64,000 nucleotides of DNA from positions 4,216,001-4,280,000 of the forward strand of contig NW_025766002.1 in NCBI RefSeq assembly GCF_003918875.1. Direction: 5' to 3'. Each line of letters begins with the position of its first letter. Positions within the stretch are counted from its first letter, which is position 1. Below, piece by piece: positions 1 to 12,213 of this stretch. Position numbers and translations under genes: made by a program. Source of the DNA: Haliotis rubra (lineage: Eukaryota). A model generated the notes under the pieces. That model was given only the letters and a program-made list of their open reading frames with translations, did no database searches and was not told the DNA's origin.

Positions 1-153
1 ATGTTTGTTTTCAAAATGGATAACATTATATATTCAAATGTTCAATTGTTTGGAAAATATTGATAACGATCATATTTACCGATTTAAGTTATACCTCTGT
101 GGCATTACTCTTCTCAAACAAATCGATAATTTGTACATAATGTATTATTTCAG

Positions 154-687
154 AAACCAACAAAGTTTGTGACTCCTCTTTTGAGAAGAGAGGAAGTCTT
201 TGAGAACAACTTCAGCTTAAGAGACATGGACTGGTCAGCCTGGGTCAAGGTTATTTCCCCTGTCGTTCCTCTCAAACAGGATGCACAATGGGAAAAAAGA
301 CGGGGTGCCAACCCTGGATTCAGGAGAAGAACTATCTTCAAGTCCCAGAACAATAAGCCAGCTCTCTACGAGATCAGTGTTCAGACCACCAGGTTTGGAC
401 GTAGGTGTGTGGTATTCAGCAGGTTCTGCCACCACATTCTTGATAATGTTAACTGGGAAACACGACTCCTTGGAAACAAAATTGTCAGAGCTCAGGTGAA
501 CAATGTTGTGTCTCAGAACTGCAGTGTCTTTGTGCGGAGGGTGGTATATAGAAGAGCATCAGGTCACGTCAAAACAGCCGCAATGATGAAGTCCTATGAC
601 TACGCTTGGAGGCGTCTGAGGAGGTCGCGATCTACTGCTCGACATGTTTACAAACAAGGCAGCACAATTTCATCGGACAAAGTATAG
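154..687 (+). CDS. V1: last coding exon of a vWA + GIY-YIG-like gene; upstream exons lie before the window
   Basis: Acceptor ttatttcag|AAACCA at 153/154, open to TAG 687. Protein is nearly the same as the V7 last exon, and bases 1-153 align with V7 intron 4. AATAAA at 1059. Confidence 0.85.
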   Translation, partial: KPTKFVTPLLRREEVFENNFSLRDMDWSAWVKVISPVVPLKQDAQWEKRRGANPGFRRRTIFKSQNNKPALYEISVQTTRFGRRCVVFSRFCHHILDNVNWETRLLGNKIVRAQVNNVVSQNCSVFVRRVVYRRASGHVKTAAMMKSYDYAWRRLRRSRSTARHVYKQGSTISSDKV

Positions 688-2023
688 ACTTTTTCTGAAC
701 ATTGACTGATAATATCAGGTGTTTGCGGACGATATGGAGACATAGCTGTTTTTTCCTATGGAGAATGTATATATATGCAATCAGATGACATTCTTGATAT
801 TACTGGAATGAGATTTGTCATTGAAAGACAGCGATAACGAATCTCATACCATACAACTTGCTTCATGCTTTATGTGAATGAGAGGGCATGGTGTTTCATT
901 ATAGTGCTTGAATGTGGATTAGTGTGTTCATCCGAATGAAAGAGACTGATGAATGTGACGTTGTACATATGTCACTGTTTGTGTTAAGGTGTATATACAA
1001 CTCATTCGCTGACCTGCATTGTTTATATCTTTGGCAACATGTGCAATGTTAGTATAGGAATAAATAAAACAAACTTTTGAGAAATTAATACACATTATTT
1101 TCTTTGACAATGCATTTTACATGAGTGTGTAGTCGTAATCCGAGACATAATAAGTCTAATTGCGACTTAGACTTCACTCAAATCACAAACCAAATATCAA
1201 CCCTCAACTTCCATATATGTTTTCGGATAAACATCACAACGAATAAATGGAACCTCCGTCTCCGTTGGTTACAACATAAGAGATCATTAGTGAGGGTTCA
1301 AAAAGTACCATCATCGCAACAGTGCATTTTGTTGTTTACAGAAATCATTGCTTCAGTCATTTTCATGAGTTCAAGGTCCGTATCCAAATATTTAGTAGCA
1401 TTCATGGCTCATTCTCTACTGTCATCTTTGGTCTGTCAGTACCGTGTCCAAGCTTTGACACAAATAGTACACGTTTACAAACTTAGCTGATCCGATGTTA
1501 AAAGCTAACAGAAACAGAACACACCAACACTTATACAAGTTATCCAGTTTCTAATATATTATTGTATTGAACAGCGACGAACTGGTGTACATTGGGCTTC
1601 CTTTCTCCTACCTTAAGCTGATGCTCAGTTATATAACTTGAAAATGTAACTGTAATAACCAAATGGAAAGAAAGTCTTAGATGATTTAATGATTAACAAC
1701 AAGATGCTATTAATTCAGAGAACATTTTCCCAATATTTTGATTGTAGTTTCTATAAATTGTATTAACAATTAATGTAGTTAAACAGTAATAGCAAATGCC
1801 CACGAATATCGCCGTTATTGTTTTCTGTTAAAAGCATCACCGACATGCAATGTTACAGTGCAGACCATGGAGTATTCAGCAAGATATGTGGCCATCAGAC
1901 TTTATTGCTCAGCGTAACAATCCGCGAAGTAAACACGTCATATATTCTTTCTTATCTCGCTTCACGACACGGCGACAATCAGTGTAACCTCCTCCCAGAC
2001 GGACGTGTGAGGAGACGCGAGTT

Positions 2024-2195
2024 AGTGAGTGAGTGAGTGAGTATTTGTTTGCGCCGCTTTTAGCAATATTCCACCAATATCACCCTGGGGGACACCAGAA
2101 ACTGACTTCACACATTTTACCCATGTGGGGAATCGAACCCGGGTCTTCAGCGTGACAAACGGACTCTTTAGCCAATAGATTACCCCAACAGCCCC
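2024..2195 (-). mobile_element. tRNA-derived SINE family A
   Basis: Reverse complement of the family A consensus (GGTTCGATTCCCC box B, (ACTC)n tail). It cuts off the distal promoter-like module. Confidence 0.85.
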
Positions 2196-2951
2196 TATCG
2201 TGATTAACATTGTAATGGCCATCAAAAGTCAGTAATGATAATTATGTCCCAAACAGAAATATATCGTTTATTTATTTTTACCTTTATTAAAACCTTTATG
2301 CACAAGCACAACTGCTTGCTAATCATGACAATCTTTCTTTCCAAACAAATATATAGATATATTTAAAATATCACTGATGGTCACTATTTCTGATCTAGCT
2401 GATAAGCTGAGTATTATAAATATATGTCACTGAAACGAGAGAATATTGTGTGTCTGACATAATGTATATCATGGAAAGTTGGCTTTATTATATTGAATCA
2501 TATAGAAAAGACATGTTACATAATCAGATCCGCAATGTTATAATGGTCGTCTACAAAGTGGCATACCCATATTGAAATACAGAAACGGTACTCTTTTATT
2601 TATCGATAACTATGGTAACATAGAACGTTTCCATGGAAATGATTTAAATTTGTTATACTTTCAATTGCTACCTACTGTGAATCGTTTGATAAGGCATTTT
2701 CTCTGAAGTAACTTTCTCAGCAGGTATCGAGTTACGGTGGTAACTAACTCAGAGGCTTTCAATGTTATATGTAGACAGTTAAAAAAGGATACATGGAAGC
2801 AGAGACCATATGGAGACTATATGGTCTCTGATGGAAGTTCAGTACAAATGAATATAGATAATAGAATGGTATTTATAATGAACTTCTTTTCCCAGGGTAC
2901 ATATTTTGGAAGCTAGCAAAGATAGTACAAGAGATATTTCACTTTTCACAA

Positions 2952-3400
2952 GGATGTATCCCTTATGACAGCAATGTGATTGGCAAGGTTCAGGAAAAGC
3001 ATGCTAAATATGCGGACCTCACCAATAAAATGCCTCGATTGCATCCCAAGTACACTGTCGTCAGACTCCCCATTGTTCTCGGTGCCCTTGGTTTGGTATC
3101 TTCTGATCTCTTGGCGCAGATCAGGAGAGTGCCCGAGTTCTCCACCGGGAGCACAGCCCTTCTGACATTCTGGGTAATGCAGAAGGTTGCAGTTTTGGGA
3201 AGTCTTCATATTCTCCGGAATGTTCTTGGTGGGTTCGACTAAGCAGCGTTTTCTGGGAGAAGTCCCATTTGCTGTCTGGGCTGCGTGTAGAGGGGGCAAG
3301 GGCCCTGAACTGATGATGATCTTTACTAGCCTGACTGTGCCAGGATCACCCAAACCCTCTCTGCTGCATTTTTCACGTCTCACTAGTGGTATTTAAAAAC
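2952..3400 (+). mobile_element. 5'-truncated non-LTR retrotransposon relic, restriction-like endonuclease C-terminus (R4/Dong/NeSL-type)
   Basis: ORF 2976-3242 reads EKHAKYADL...PIVLGALG...MQKVAVLGSLHILRNVL*, the known C-terminal signature of RLE-bearing non-LTR elements. A GC-richer 3' UTR follows; the ends are approximate. Confidence 0.75.
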
Positions 3401-3583
3401 ACCTGGTTCAAGGAATAACTACAAAACGTAAGCTGTCAGAGGGGGTGGAATAAAAGTGAAAATACATTATGCGTTAAGTAACATCAATTTATGCAAATGG
3501 TTTCCAAAAAGTACCGTCAGTCTGGTGAAACTGGAAAATACAACGAAACGGTATATATTTTGTGCAAAATAGTGTACATTCTT

Positions 3584-3890
3584 GTAACTATGTTATATTT
3601 GCGGTTACACATTCTTAATAAAGTACAGATTCTAGTACTTTTTGGGGTTGAGTCCCATATGGGATTCGAACCCACACCCCCAGAGTCAGGCACCTAATCG
3701 CCAACACGCAAAGCCAGCCGCCTAATCCGCTCGGCCATCCCGGCTTCCACAAAGAATAACTTGGTGTGCTGGCGATTAGGTGGCTGACTCTGATGGTGTG
3801 GGTTCGAATCACGGATGGGATTCAACCCCCAAAAGTACTAGAATCTGTACTTTACTAAGAAAATGTAACCCCATATATAACATATGTTAC
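3584..3890. repeat. Fold-back (inverted repeat) element with a tRNA-like head
   Basis: Arms ~3584-3710 and ~3762-3890 are reverse complements (aagtacagattctagtactttt / aaaagtactagaatctgtactt). The minus strand has TGGCCGAGCGG box A and GGTTCGAATCC box B. Confidence 0.8.
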
Positions 3891-4804
3891 ATTTGACCAC
3901 TTTCTAAATGGCATTGCGTATTCAAGTTGTACATTCTTGAAACTGCAAAACTGAGACCCGAAGCAATGATGTCATCTCCAATAATCTACCAACCAACATT
4001 GCGGCTGCACACCGTTTACGGCAAAGGCATCCCGGGACAGGCAGTGTAAGGAGCATGGATATCAACAATGTATTTTGGAGAGTATGTTTATAAGTTTCTA
4101 AAAGAATGTTTCCTGTGTCCATTCTGCAAATTACACTTTCAATGATAACACGTTCGCCACGTCAATGGGTGTGGATAACTTACCGATTAAATTTATCTTC
4201 AACATATTTTTCCGTTTATTTTCTATGTTTCCCTGCGGAAGAATTCGCTTAAACGCAGAGATATGAATATCGTCTACTCTTCAAAACACAACCAAAGTAC
4301 AGGCCTAAACATGACAGCTAACACAAGTCGCAACCAGCTGTCATTGATCGCCACTCAGTATCAAAGCTGGGCAACTCTCTGAGTAAGATCAGTCTACTCA
4401 CATACACTAGAGTTGAAAGATTAAACCATCTACGAGCTACACCTAATACCAGCGAAATAAAAGAACTCAATATCTACCGTCGCAATTCTAATACGGTATA
4501 CAGGGATAGAGTACATAATCAACTGGGTCTAATTACATTAGTACAGCTAATACAGAAATGTTACATATTTAACTATTAGATAAGGTCAGTTACTAGATAA
4601 AATCTACTAAACATAGATTTAAATCTACTCAATATAGGTCGGTTATGAAATCAAATCAACTTAACACATTTAATCAAAATAATTATGGTAAACGGATGTT
4701 CATTTGAAAATGAATTTGTTCATCATTTGAATGTATTCTTTTTACTCAACATATACACATTGAAATTGAAATCAGATGTTTGGACTTTTCCCAACAGATT
4801 CATC

Positions 4805-6200
4805 ATGGCTCTGCTTCCTCCTGGTGGACTTCCAGAGATTGTCTTCTCCTTCGACACAACCGGCTCTATGAGCAGTTGTCTGGCCGAAGTCCGAGGTCGA
4901 CTCCAGGACATGATACAGCGACTCCAGGCTGACATCCCCGCCATCAGAATGGCCGTCTTCGCCCACGGTGATTACAGTACAGCGTCCACATATGTCACGA
5001 AATGGATCGACTTCTCCACTGACATCAAAGAACTCTGCGACTTCGACCTGAACGTGGACGATGGGGGCGAGTGTTAAACTATTTCCGAAGGGAATGAGGT
5101 CGGCATCTAAAATTGGACAACTTTACAAACATATTTGACCTCCTCATGGCCATCTGCTACAGGGAGCATGGAGCAGACATCCTTCATGTAAGTTGAAATA
5201 ACCTCTTCTCCTGTCATAGAATTTTTCATATTTCCCCACATTTAACATTAAACAACATAAAGGAAACGAAACACGTTTATCGGGGAGGTTTGTTTTTCTC
5301 TTCACCAGTTATACGAGAAAGAGGTTCGAGCCCGTTGTAGGGATGGTACCCTCGGCTATGACATGGAAGGAATGTTTACATTCCTACGTGATAGAATAGC
5401 TTCCCCTGTTCAATCAACGACGACGACGACAACGATTACAAGCGGCGCCGCAGAGAAAACTGCGAAGGCTTCTCCCTTAAACAAAATAACATCCATGCAG
5501 AAAGTCAGGAAACCAAAACCCAGATGCATCAGGAGGACAAGGACAAAACCTTTAAAGGTAACATTTTCTCTCATTTCGTAAACGATGAGCGGTAACAATG
5601 AGATGGATAAATTTAGTTATTCTGTTATGACTTGTACAAGACGTATGATCTAACAATTTCTTAATTCCAGAAACCATCAAAGTTTGTGACACCTCTTCTG
5701 AGAAGAGAGGAGGTCTTTGAAAACAACTTCAGCTTAAGAGACATGGACTGGTCACACTGGGTTAAAGTTATCTCCCCTGATCTTCCTCTCAAACAGAATG
5801 CACAATGGGAGAAAAGACGGGGTGCCAACCCTGGATTCAAGAGAAGGACAGTGTTCAAGTTCAAGAACAATAAGCCAGCTTTCTACGAGATCAGTGTTCA
5901 GACGATCAAGTACGGGCGTAGGTGTGTGGTATTCAGCATGTTCGGTCACCATATTCCCAATAATGTTAACTGGGAAACACAACTCCTTGGAAACAAACTT
6001 GTCAGAGCTCAGGTGAACAATGTTGTGTCTCAGAACTGCAGTGTCTTCGTGCGGAGGGTGGTATATAGACGAGCATCAGCTCACGTCCAAGCAGCCGCAA
6101 TGATGAAGTCCTATACTACGCTTGGAGGCGCCTACCATCACGATCCACTGCTCGACATGTTTACAAACAAGGAAGCACAATTTCATCAGATAAAGTATAG
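4805..6200 (+). pseudogene. V2: vWA + GIY-YIG-like pseudogene
   Basis: ATG 4805. A deletion at ~5077 joins mid exon 2 (gagtgtta) to mid exon 3 and creates a TAA. Exon 4 is 5309-5557 and exon 5 starts at 5671, with a 1-nt deletion near 6114 (tcctatactac vs tcctatgactac). The TATA box is mutated to TATCAAAG (4359). Confidence 0.9.
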
Positions 6201-6674
6201 AATGTTTCTGAACATTGACTGATAATATCAGGTGTATGCTGAAAGAGACGGAGACATGGCTGTTTTCCTAAGACGGACTTTGTAAAATTAACTCTTATAG
6301 GAGAGTCCATATTCATATAAGTGACTGTGAAAGATCGAATCTCATATTATACAACTTCTCTCATGTTTTATAATTATATGAAGAAGTCATGGTATGCCAT
6401 ACCATTGTGTGACTGAGGTGAAGCGTGTTCTGCCGAATGACAGAGACTGAAGAAATGTTAATTGTTGTACATGTCATTGTTTATATTACAATGTAAATAG
6501 AACTCATTCATTAACCTACATTTATGTTTTTGTGTGATATGTGTAATGTAAGGAATGTACAAAGCAAACTACAAGCACTTGCATACATTATAGTTTCTGA
6601 TCCAATGTATTCTTGTATGAATCTGTACTCTTGCACATCAACATGATACATTTCTCCTTCAAGGAGTCTTCCTC

Positions 6675-6853
6675 GGGGCGGTGGGGTAACCTAGTGGTTA
6701 AAGCGTTGGCTCGTGACGCCGAAGACCCGGGTTCGATTCCCCACATGGGTACAATGTGTGAAGCCCATTTCTGGTGTCCTCCGCCGTGATATTGCTGGAA
6801 TATTGCTAAAAGCGGCGTAAAACCATACTCACTCACTCACTTACTCACTCACT
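6675..6853 (+). mobile_element. SINE family A, full length
   Basis: GGGGCGGTGGGG start, box A/B, (ACTC)n tail, TSD gagtcttcctc at 6664 and 6858. Confidence 0.9.
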
Positions 6854-7031
6854 CAATGAGTCTTCCTCTTCACCAGTTATACGAGGAAGAGACTACTCCG
6901 TTGTCTTGTGTACGTTTGATTTAATGACATAAAAAGCCCTGACTTCTACTTAAAGTGACATATTGCAACCCCATATTCCAACCTCAACTTTTGGGGTTGA
7001 TGTTCTTGTTTCCCCCATCACATTTGTAATA

Positions 7032-7249
7032 GACCCGTTAAGATCCGGGTAAAAAATGATCTTCAGTAACCAATGCTTGTAGTAAGAGGCGACTAACGGG
7101 ATCGGATGGTCAGACTCGCATGTCATCCCATCCCGATTCTCTTGATGCCGTTCACTGGATTGTCTGGTCCAGACTCGATTAATTACAGACCGCCGCCATA
7201 TAGCTGGAATATTGCTGAGTGCTGCGTTAAACAACAAACCAACCAACCA
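7032..7249 (+). mobile_element. SINE family B (Meta/MESC-like domain at the 5' end)
   Basis: Starts gacccgttaagatccggg and contains taagaggcgactaa. (AACC)n tail, degenerate TSD acattt.taa.a. Confidence 0.8.
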
Positions 7250-8298
7250 ACATTTTTAACAGCATGCCCGGAACGTTTAACTCATATTTGCTGTCATGTT
7301 CGGCTACAGGATGTTGATCACTTAAATCATCACGTTAAGGTCCGTGACTGGAAACTCTGGGTGTTTTAACACCACATAACATAAACCTGTACAGTAGAAA
7401 TTAACATTAAACAATAAAGGAATAATGGTGGGAGATATTTATGTTCCATGTTAAGTTTTAGGATGTATTTCCACAATATGCAATTGTTTCAATCAATAGT
7501 TGCTGTAATTTGTTGCAGCTAGCTTCGTCCTGTAGTATATTGCCTTTGAAAATCAGCAACGATATGCCATGTTATTGTGTTGACCACAGCGACATGTGTG
7601 GCGGGCCATCAGGCAAAAGTGCTTACTAAGCATAACAATCCGCGAAGTAAACACGTCATTACATTCTTTCCAAACTCGCTACACTATACTGCACTACTCA
7701 ATGAAACCGAGTCCTAGACGGGCGTGTGAGGAGAAACGAACGTAAACAACGCGTTTGAGAGATAATTTCCAAATACCATGAACACTGTTCTTGAATCATC
7801 AATCGCCTTCATATGTGTAAACACTGTAACTCACATACGGTTGGAATAATTGTTCCTTAAAGAATTACTGTTATACCTCAGCAAGAAGCTCTTTCAGTAT
7901 ATATACTATTAGCCATTTAACACATTTGTGTGTGTACAAACTGGCATACCCTATTAGAGGAGTATCCAAATATTTCTCTACAAGTTACAGGAACAATATC
8001 TGTCAGTATGAAATAGCAAGCTTTCCATATTGTTAAATGGTTCATTAAAACGGCGTTAGCGAATATCGCAACACGTTTCGATTACATTTATGTGTTAATA
8101 AAAAAGTATTTCACATTGCTGTAAATGATAAGGTTTGTGGGACATTCTTCGGAGGGAATTATTTTATTTAAAGTATATGTGTAGGCTGGATCAAAAGTCA
8201 TGTTGTGTTGAAATCAAACGATCAACGAGGCGCAAGTTCGTTTACTGCAGTTAGAAAGGACTTGGCTAACCAAGAAACCAAATGTCCTACCATGTTTT

Positions 8299-8396
8299 AG
8301 TGAGTGAGTGAGTTGGGTTGTACGCCGCTTTTAGCAATATTCCAGCAATATCACGGCGGAGCACACCAGAATTGCGCTTCACACTTAGTACCAATG
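8299..8396 (-). mobile_element. SINE family A, 3' fragment
   Basis: gtgagtgagt...acgccgcttttagcaatattccagc matches the family A tail. Confidence 0.75.
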
Positions 8397-9681
8397 CAGT
8401 GTTTTAATAGAGTTGAAAATACGTATGGTTTCAAAATTGTCATGTTAAACCTAATTGATCACCATTTCTGAACCATAATTTTACATACATGACAGCTCAC
8501 CAGCTATGGAAATACATAATGTACTTGTGTCCACATAACGATCCTTTCCCAATATTTTGTAAATTCTGACGTGTGAGCCATTAGCTGATCTTTCAGCAGT
8601 TTTGCTACGATGACAAATTCAGTACATATTTAATAATTACGTCTTGTGCTTTCAGTTTGTCCACTTTAAATCAAAAACAGAAATCCACATCTCATCTTTC
8701 TCTCACAGGTAAGCGACCAAATATATTAAGAATATTACTTATACATTTAAAAAGAAATGTCCATCTTCTTCTCACTTTCTTTCAATAATAAAATACAGAA
8801 ACCAAAATCTGTTTCATAATGACATGTTTTGTAACTGTTTCAATGAAAAGCTTTTCTCTATATTGCTTCCAACTTTACATCGTATGATATGGCATTGTTA
8901 CAGTACCAGTTTGTTAGCAGGCATAGAGATACGTTCTATCGAAATTACATCAATAGAATGTGTCGACATTTTCTAAAACATGTCCAGCAATATTATATAT
9001 TAGAACAAGTAGTGTCGAACATATTTTCTCGGTGTTTCTTTTACTCATAGAACCTGTTCAGGGTTGTTCAACTGATCCTCTATATAAGTATAACCTTTTG
9101 CAAAACATCCTGAAAATTAGTCAGTCGCGTTCTATTCTGAACTGGTTTACGAATTTATCCAAAACCTTTTTTCAGGGAGTTGAAGTAAACCTGCTTTATG
9201 TGTCAGATAATGTTTTTATATCTTGGGGCTTTTTAAAAAATGCTGTCGTTCTGTTAAAATAAAATAAGAGAAAGTGGTTACATTCGTGAAAATAGGATGG
9301 ATATTTAAAACTTCTTATGTTTCTAATGCATCTCAGAGAAAGTGTTTATTGTACTTTAACAGTGGATTTTATTGAGCAATATTAATATTGAGCAAAATAG
9401 TGTTTTAGCCGCCCATATATTCTTGAAAATATAAAAGTGGGATGCCTCTCGGGGCAACTTAGAAACGACAAAGTAGTATCCAAGTCCAACGTTGCAATGT
9501 AAATGGCAAACACTCTTTTAGGTCATAATAGTTTACATAATGAACAGATAGATAGGAAGCCATATATCTAGTCTAGCATCTGCAAACAATTACTAAACGA
9601 AGCTACGTTTGTCAAAGAAACAATATCTACAATATTCATACATGTTTTATAGTATTGACATTCTGCTTGGCAAATACAACA

Positions 9682-10220
9682 TTCCGCGAAGCAATGATGT
9701 CATCTCAAAACATGCAAACTCTCCACACTGCCGCTACATGTCATTTACGACGAAAGTATTATCCGACAGTGTAAGGAGACTGGATATCAACAACGTATTT
9801 GAGAGAGTATGTTCATTTGTTTCGAAAAACACGTTTCACGGTTGTCGATTCTGCATAAGCCATTTTCAATGACAGTACATTTCCTGAGTCAAAAGTGTTG
9901 TAATAATTCCAAAAAGAAATTCCATCCTCAACTGATAAATCCGCTTGTTTTTAATGTTTGTTTCAAGAAATTGCGCATATACTGAAACACAGAGACATGA
10001 ACATTGTCTGATCATCAAAACACAACCACAGAACACGCCTGAACATACCATCACAACATGTCCCAGCGTGTTCCCGTTTATCGCCTCACGGCCAGTATAA
10101 AAGCTGGGCGGCTCGCTGAGTAAGATCAGTCTACTGACAAACGCTTCAGTTGGAAATCAGTTACACCTTATATCAGCGAAGTAGAAGTACCTAATATCTT
10201 CCGTCACAATTCAAAACAAG
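9682..10220 (+). promoter_or_regulatory. V3 promoter module, TATA/Inr and non-coding exon 1
   Basis: TTCCGCGAA 9682, TGATGTCA 9695, TATAAAA 10096, TCAGT initiator-like A at 10128 (32 nt after TATA), donor AAG|GTAACC 10220/10221. The layout repeats before other copies. Confidence 0.65.
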
Positions 10221-10539
10221 GTAACCAGTATAAGATATTTACAGTGTTAGTGTACATACATACGCTACTGGGACTAATTACACAACTACTACAGAATGTT
10301 ACATTTTTATCGATTCTATTTATATTTTACATAAAGATCAGTTTTTAAATCTAATCAAAATATTTATGTTTACTGATGTCATTTATAAACGAACCTCCTT
10401 CTACGTTTATAGTTTATCACTTGGGAATATCAAACAATAGGTTCAATTTAACATTGTTACATTTTACCTCATAATATATGACAACGTCAATATAAAAAAC
10501 AACAACTTTATATACTTCTATCTATCCAACAGATTCAAC

Positions 10540-12213
10540 ATGGCTTTGCTTCCTCCTGGTGGACTTCCAGAGATTGTCTTCTCCTTCGACACAACAGGCT
10601 CTATGAGCAGTTGTCTGGCCGAAGTCCGAAGTCGACTCCAGGACATGATACAGCGACTCCAGGCTGACATCCCCGCCATCAGAATGGCCGTCTTTGCACA
10701 TGGTGATTACTGTACCAAATCCACATATGTCACAAAATGGATCGACTTCTCCACTGACATCAAAGAACTCTGCGACTTCGTCATGAACGTGGAAACGACG
10801 GGAGGCAGGAACGATGGGGGCGAGTGTTACGAACTTGTTCTCAGACAAGTGGGGGAGAAGTTGTCATGGACACCAGGATCTAACCGTGTTCTCGTCGTTG
10901 TCGGGGATGACAACCCTCACGATCCAAACTTCAGTGACAATACACAAAGGATAGACTGGAGAGAGGAAATTCAAACACTCCAAAAAATGGTAAGCTCATT
11001 TCCTCTAAATATTCTTAGATGCTTATGTGTTCATTTCACTGTATTTGTAATCAAATTAAAAATACACGAAACTCGTGTGTACTTAATCCATTCACTGTAT
11101 ATCTCCATTAATTTCCAGGGAATACGGATCTACGGAGTTGAGTGCGACAGCCGAGCTGCAACATTCTTCCAAACCATTTCCAAAGAGACAGGAGGCCGGC
11201 ATCTTAAATTGGACAACTTTACGAACATATTTGACTTCCTCATGGCCATCTGCTACAGGGAGCATGGACCAGACATCCTTGATGTAAGTTGAAATACATG
11301 TACATGTAATATATATTTACACGCTTTCCCCACTTTACACAACTTAATCACCTTTAACAAAACACATTTTTACAAGGGATGTTTGTTTTTTCTCTTCACC
11401 AGTTATACGAGAAAGAGGTTCGAGCCCGTTGTGGGGATGGCACCCTCAGCAAAGACATGGAAGGAATGTTTACATCCCTACGTGATGGAATAGCTTCCCC
11501 TGTTCCATCAACGACAACGACGATTACTAGCGGTGCCGCAAAGAATGATGTGAAGACTTCCACATTAAAGAAGATAGCGTCCATGCAGAAAGTCAGGAAA
11601 CCTAAACCTAGATCCATCAAGAGGCCAAAATCTTTGGAGGCACAAACATCTCCCATTTCGTTAAAGATGCACGGCAACCAGAAAGCAGCGAAGTTTGTGA
11701 CACCTCTTTTTGAGAAGAGAGGAAGTCTTCGAGAATAATTTCAGCTTAAGAGACATGGACTGGTCACCCTGGGTCAAGGTTATCTCCCCTGACGCCCCCC
11801 TTAAACAGAATGCACAATGGGAGAAAAGACGGGGTGCCAACCCTGGATTCAGGAAAAGGACAGTATTCAAGTCCCAGAACAATAAGCCAGCTCTCTACGA
11901 GTTCAGTGTTCAGACGATCAAGTACGGACGTAGGTGTGTGGTATTCAGCAAGTTCTGCCACCATATTCCCGATAATGTGAACTGGGAAACACGACTCTTT
12001 GGAAACAAACTCGTGCGAGCTCAGGTGAACAATGTTGTGTCTCAGAAGTGCAGCATCTTTGTGCGGAGGGTGGTGTACAGAAGAGCATCGGGTCACGTCA
12101 AAACGGTCGCAATGATGAAGTCCTATGACTATGCTTGGAGGCGTCTAAGGTCACGATCCACTGCTCGACATGTTTACAAACAAGGCAGCACAATTTCATC
12201 AGACAAAGTATAG
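10540..12213 (+). pseudogene. V3: vWA + GIY-YIG-like gene with one +1 frameshift (pseudogene or homopolymer error)
   Basis: Coding segments 10540-10989, 11119-11283 and 11403-12213 with GT-AG introns. An extra T at ~11707-11711 (cctctttttgaga vs cctcttctgaga / cctcttttgaga) separates the ORFs 11379-11738 and 11710-12213. Confidence 0.8.

Noticed and set aside
6675-6750. tRNA genes at the heads of SINE A and C and at 3655-3745
   Set aside because: The A/B boxes run into conserved SINE bodies with tails and TSDs; no complete cloverleaf was evident.
10540-11292. 250-aa single-exon ORF for V3
   Set aside because: It reads through a 129-nt intron (10990-11118) with good GT-AG sites; the homologous introns in V4 and V5 are 127 nt and break the frame.
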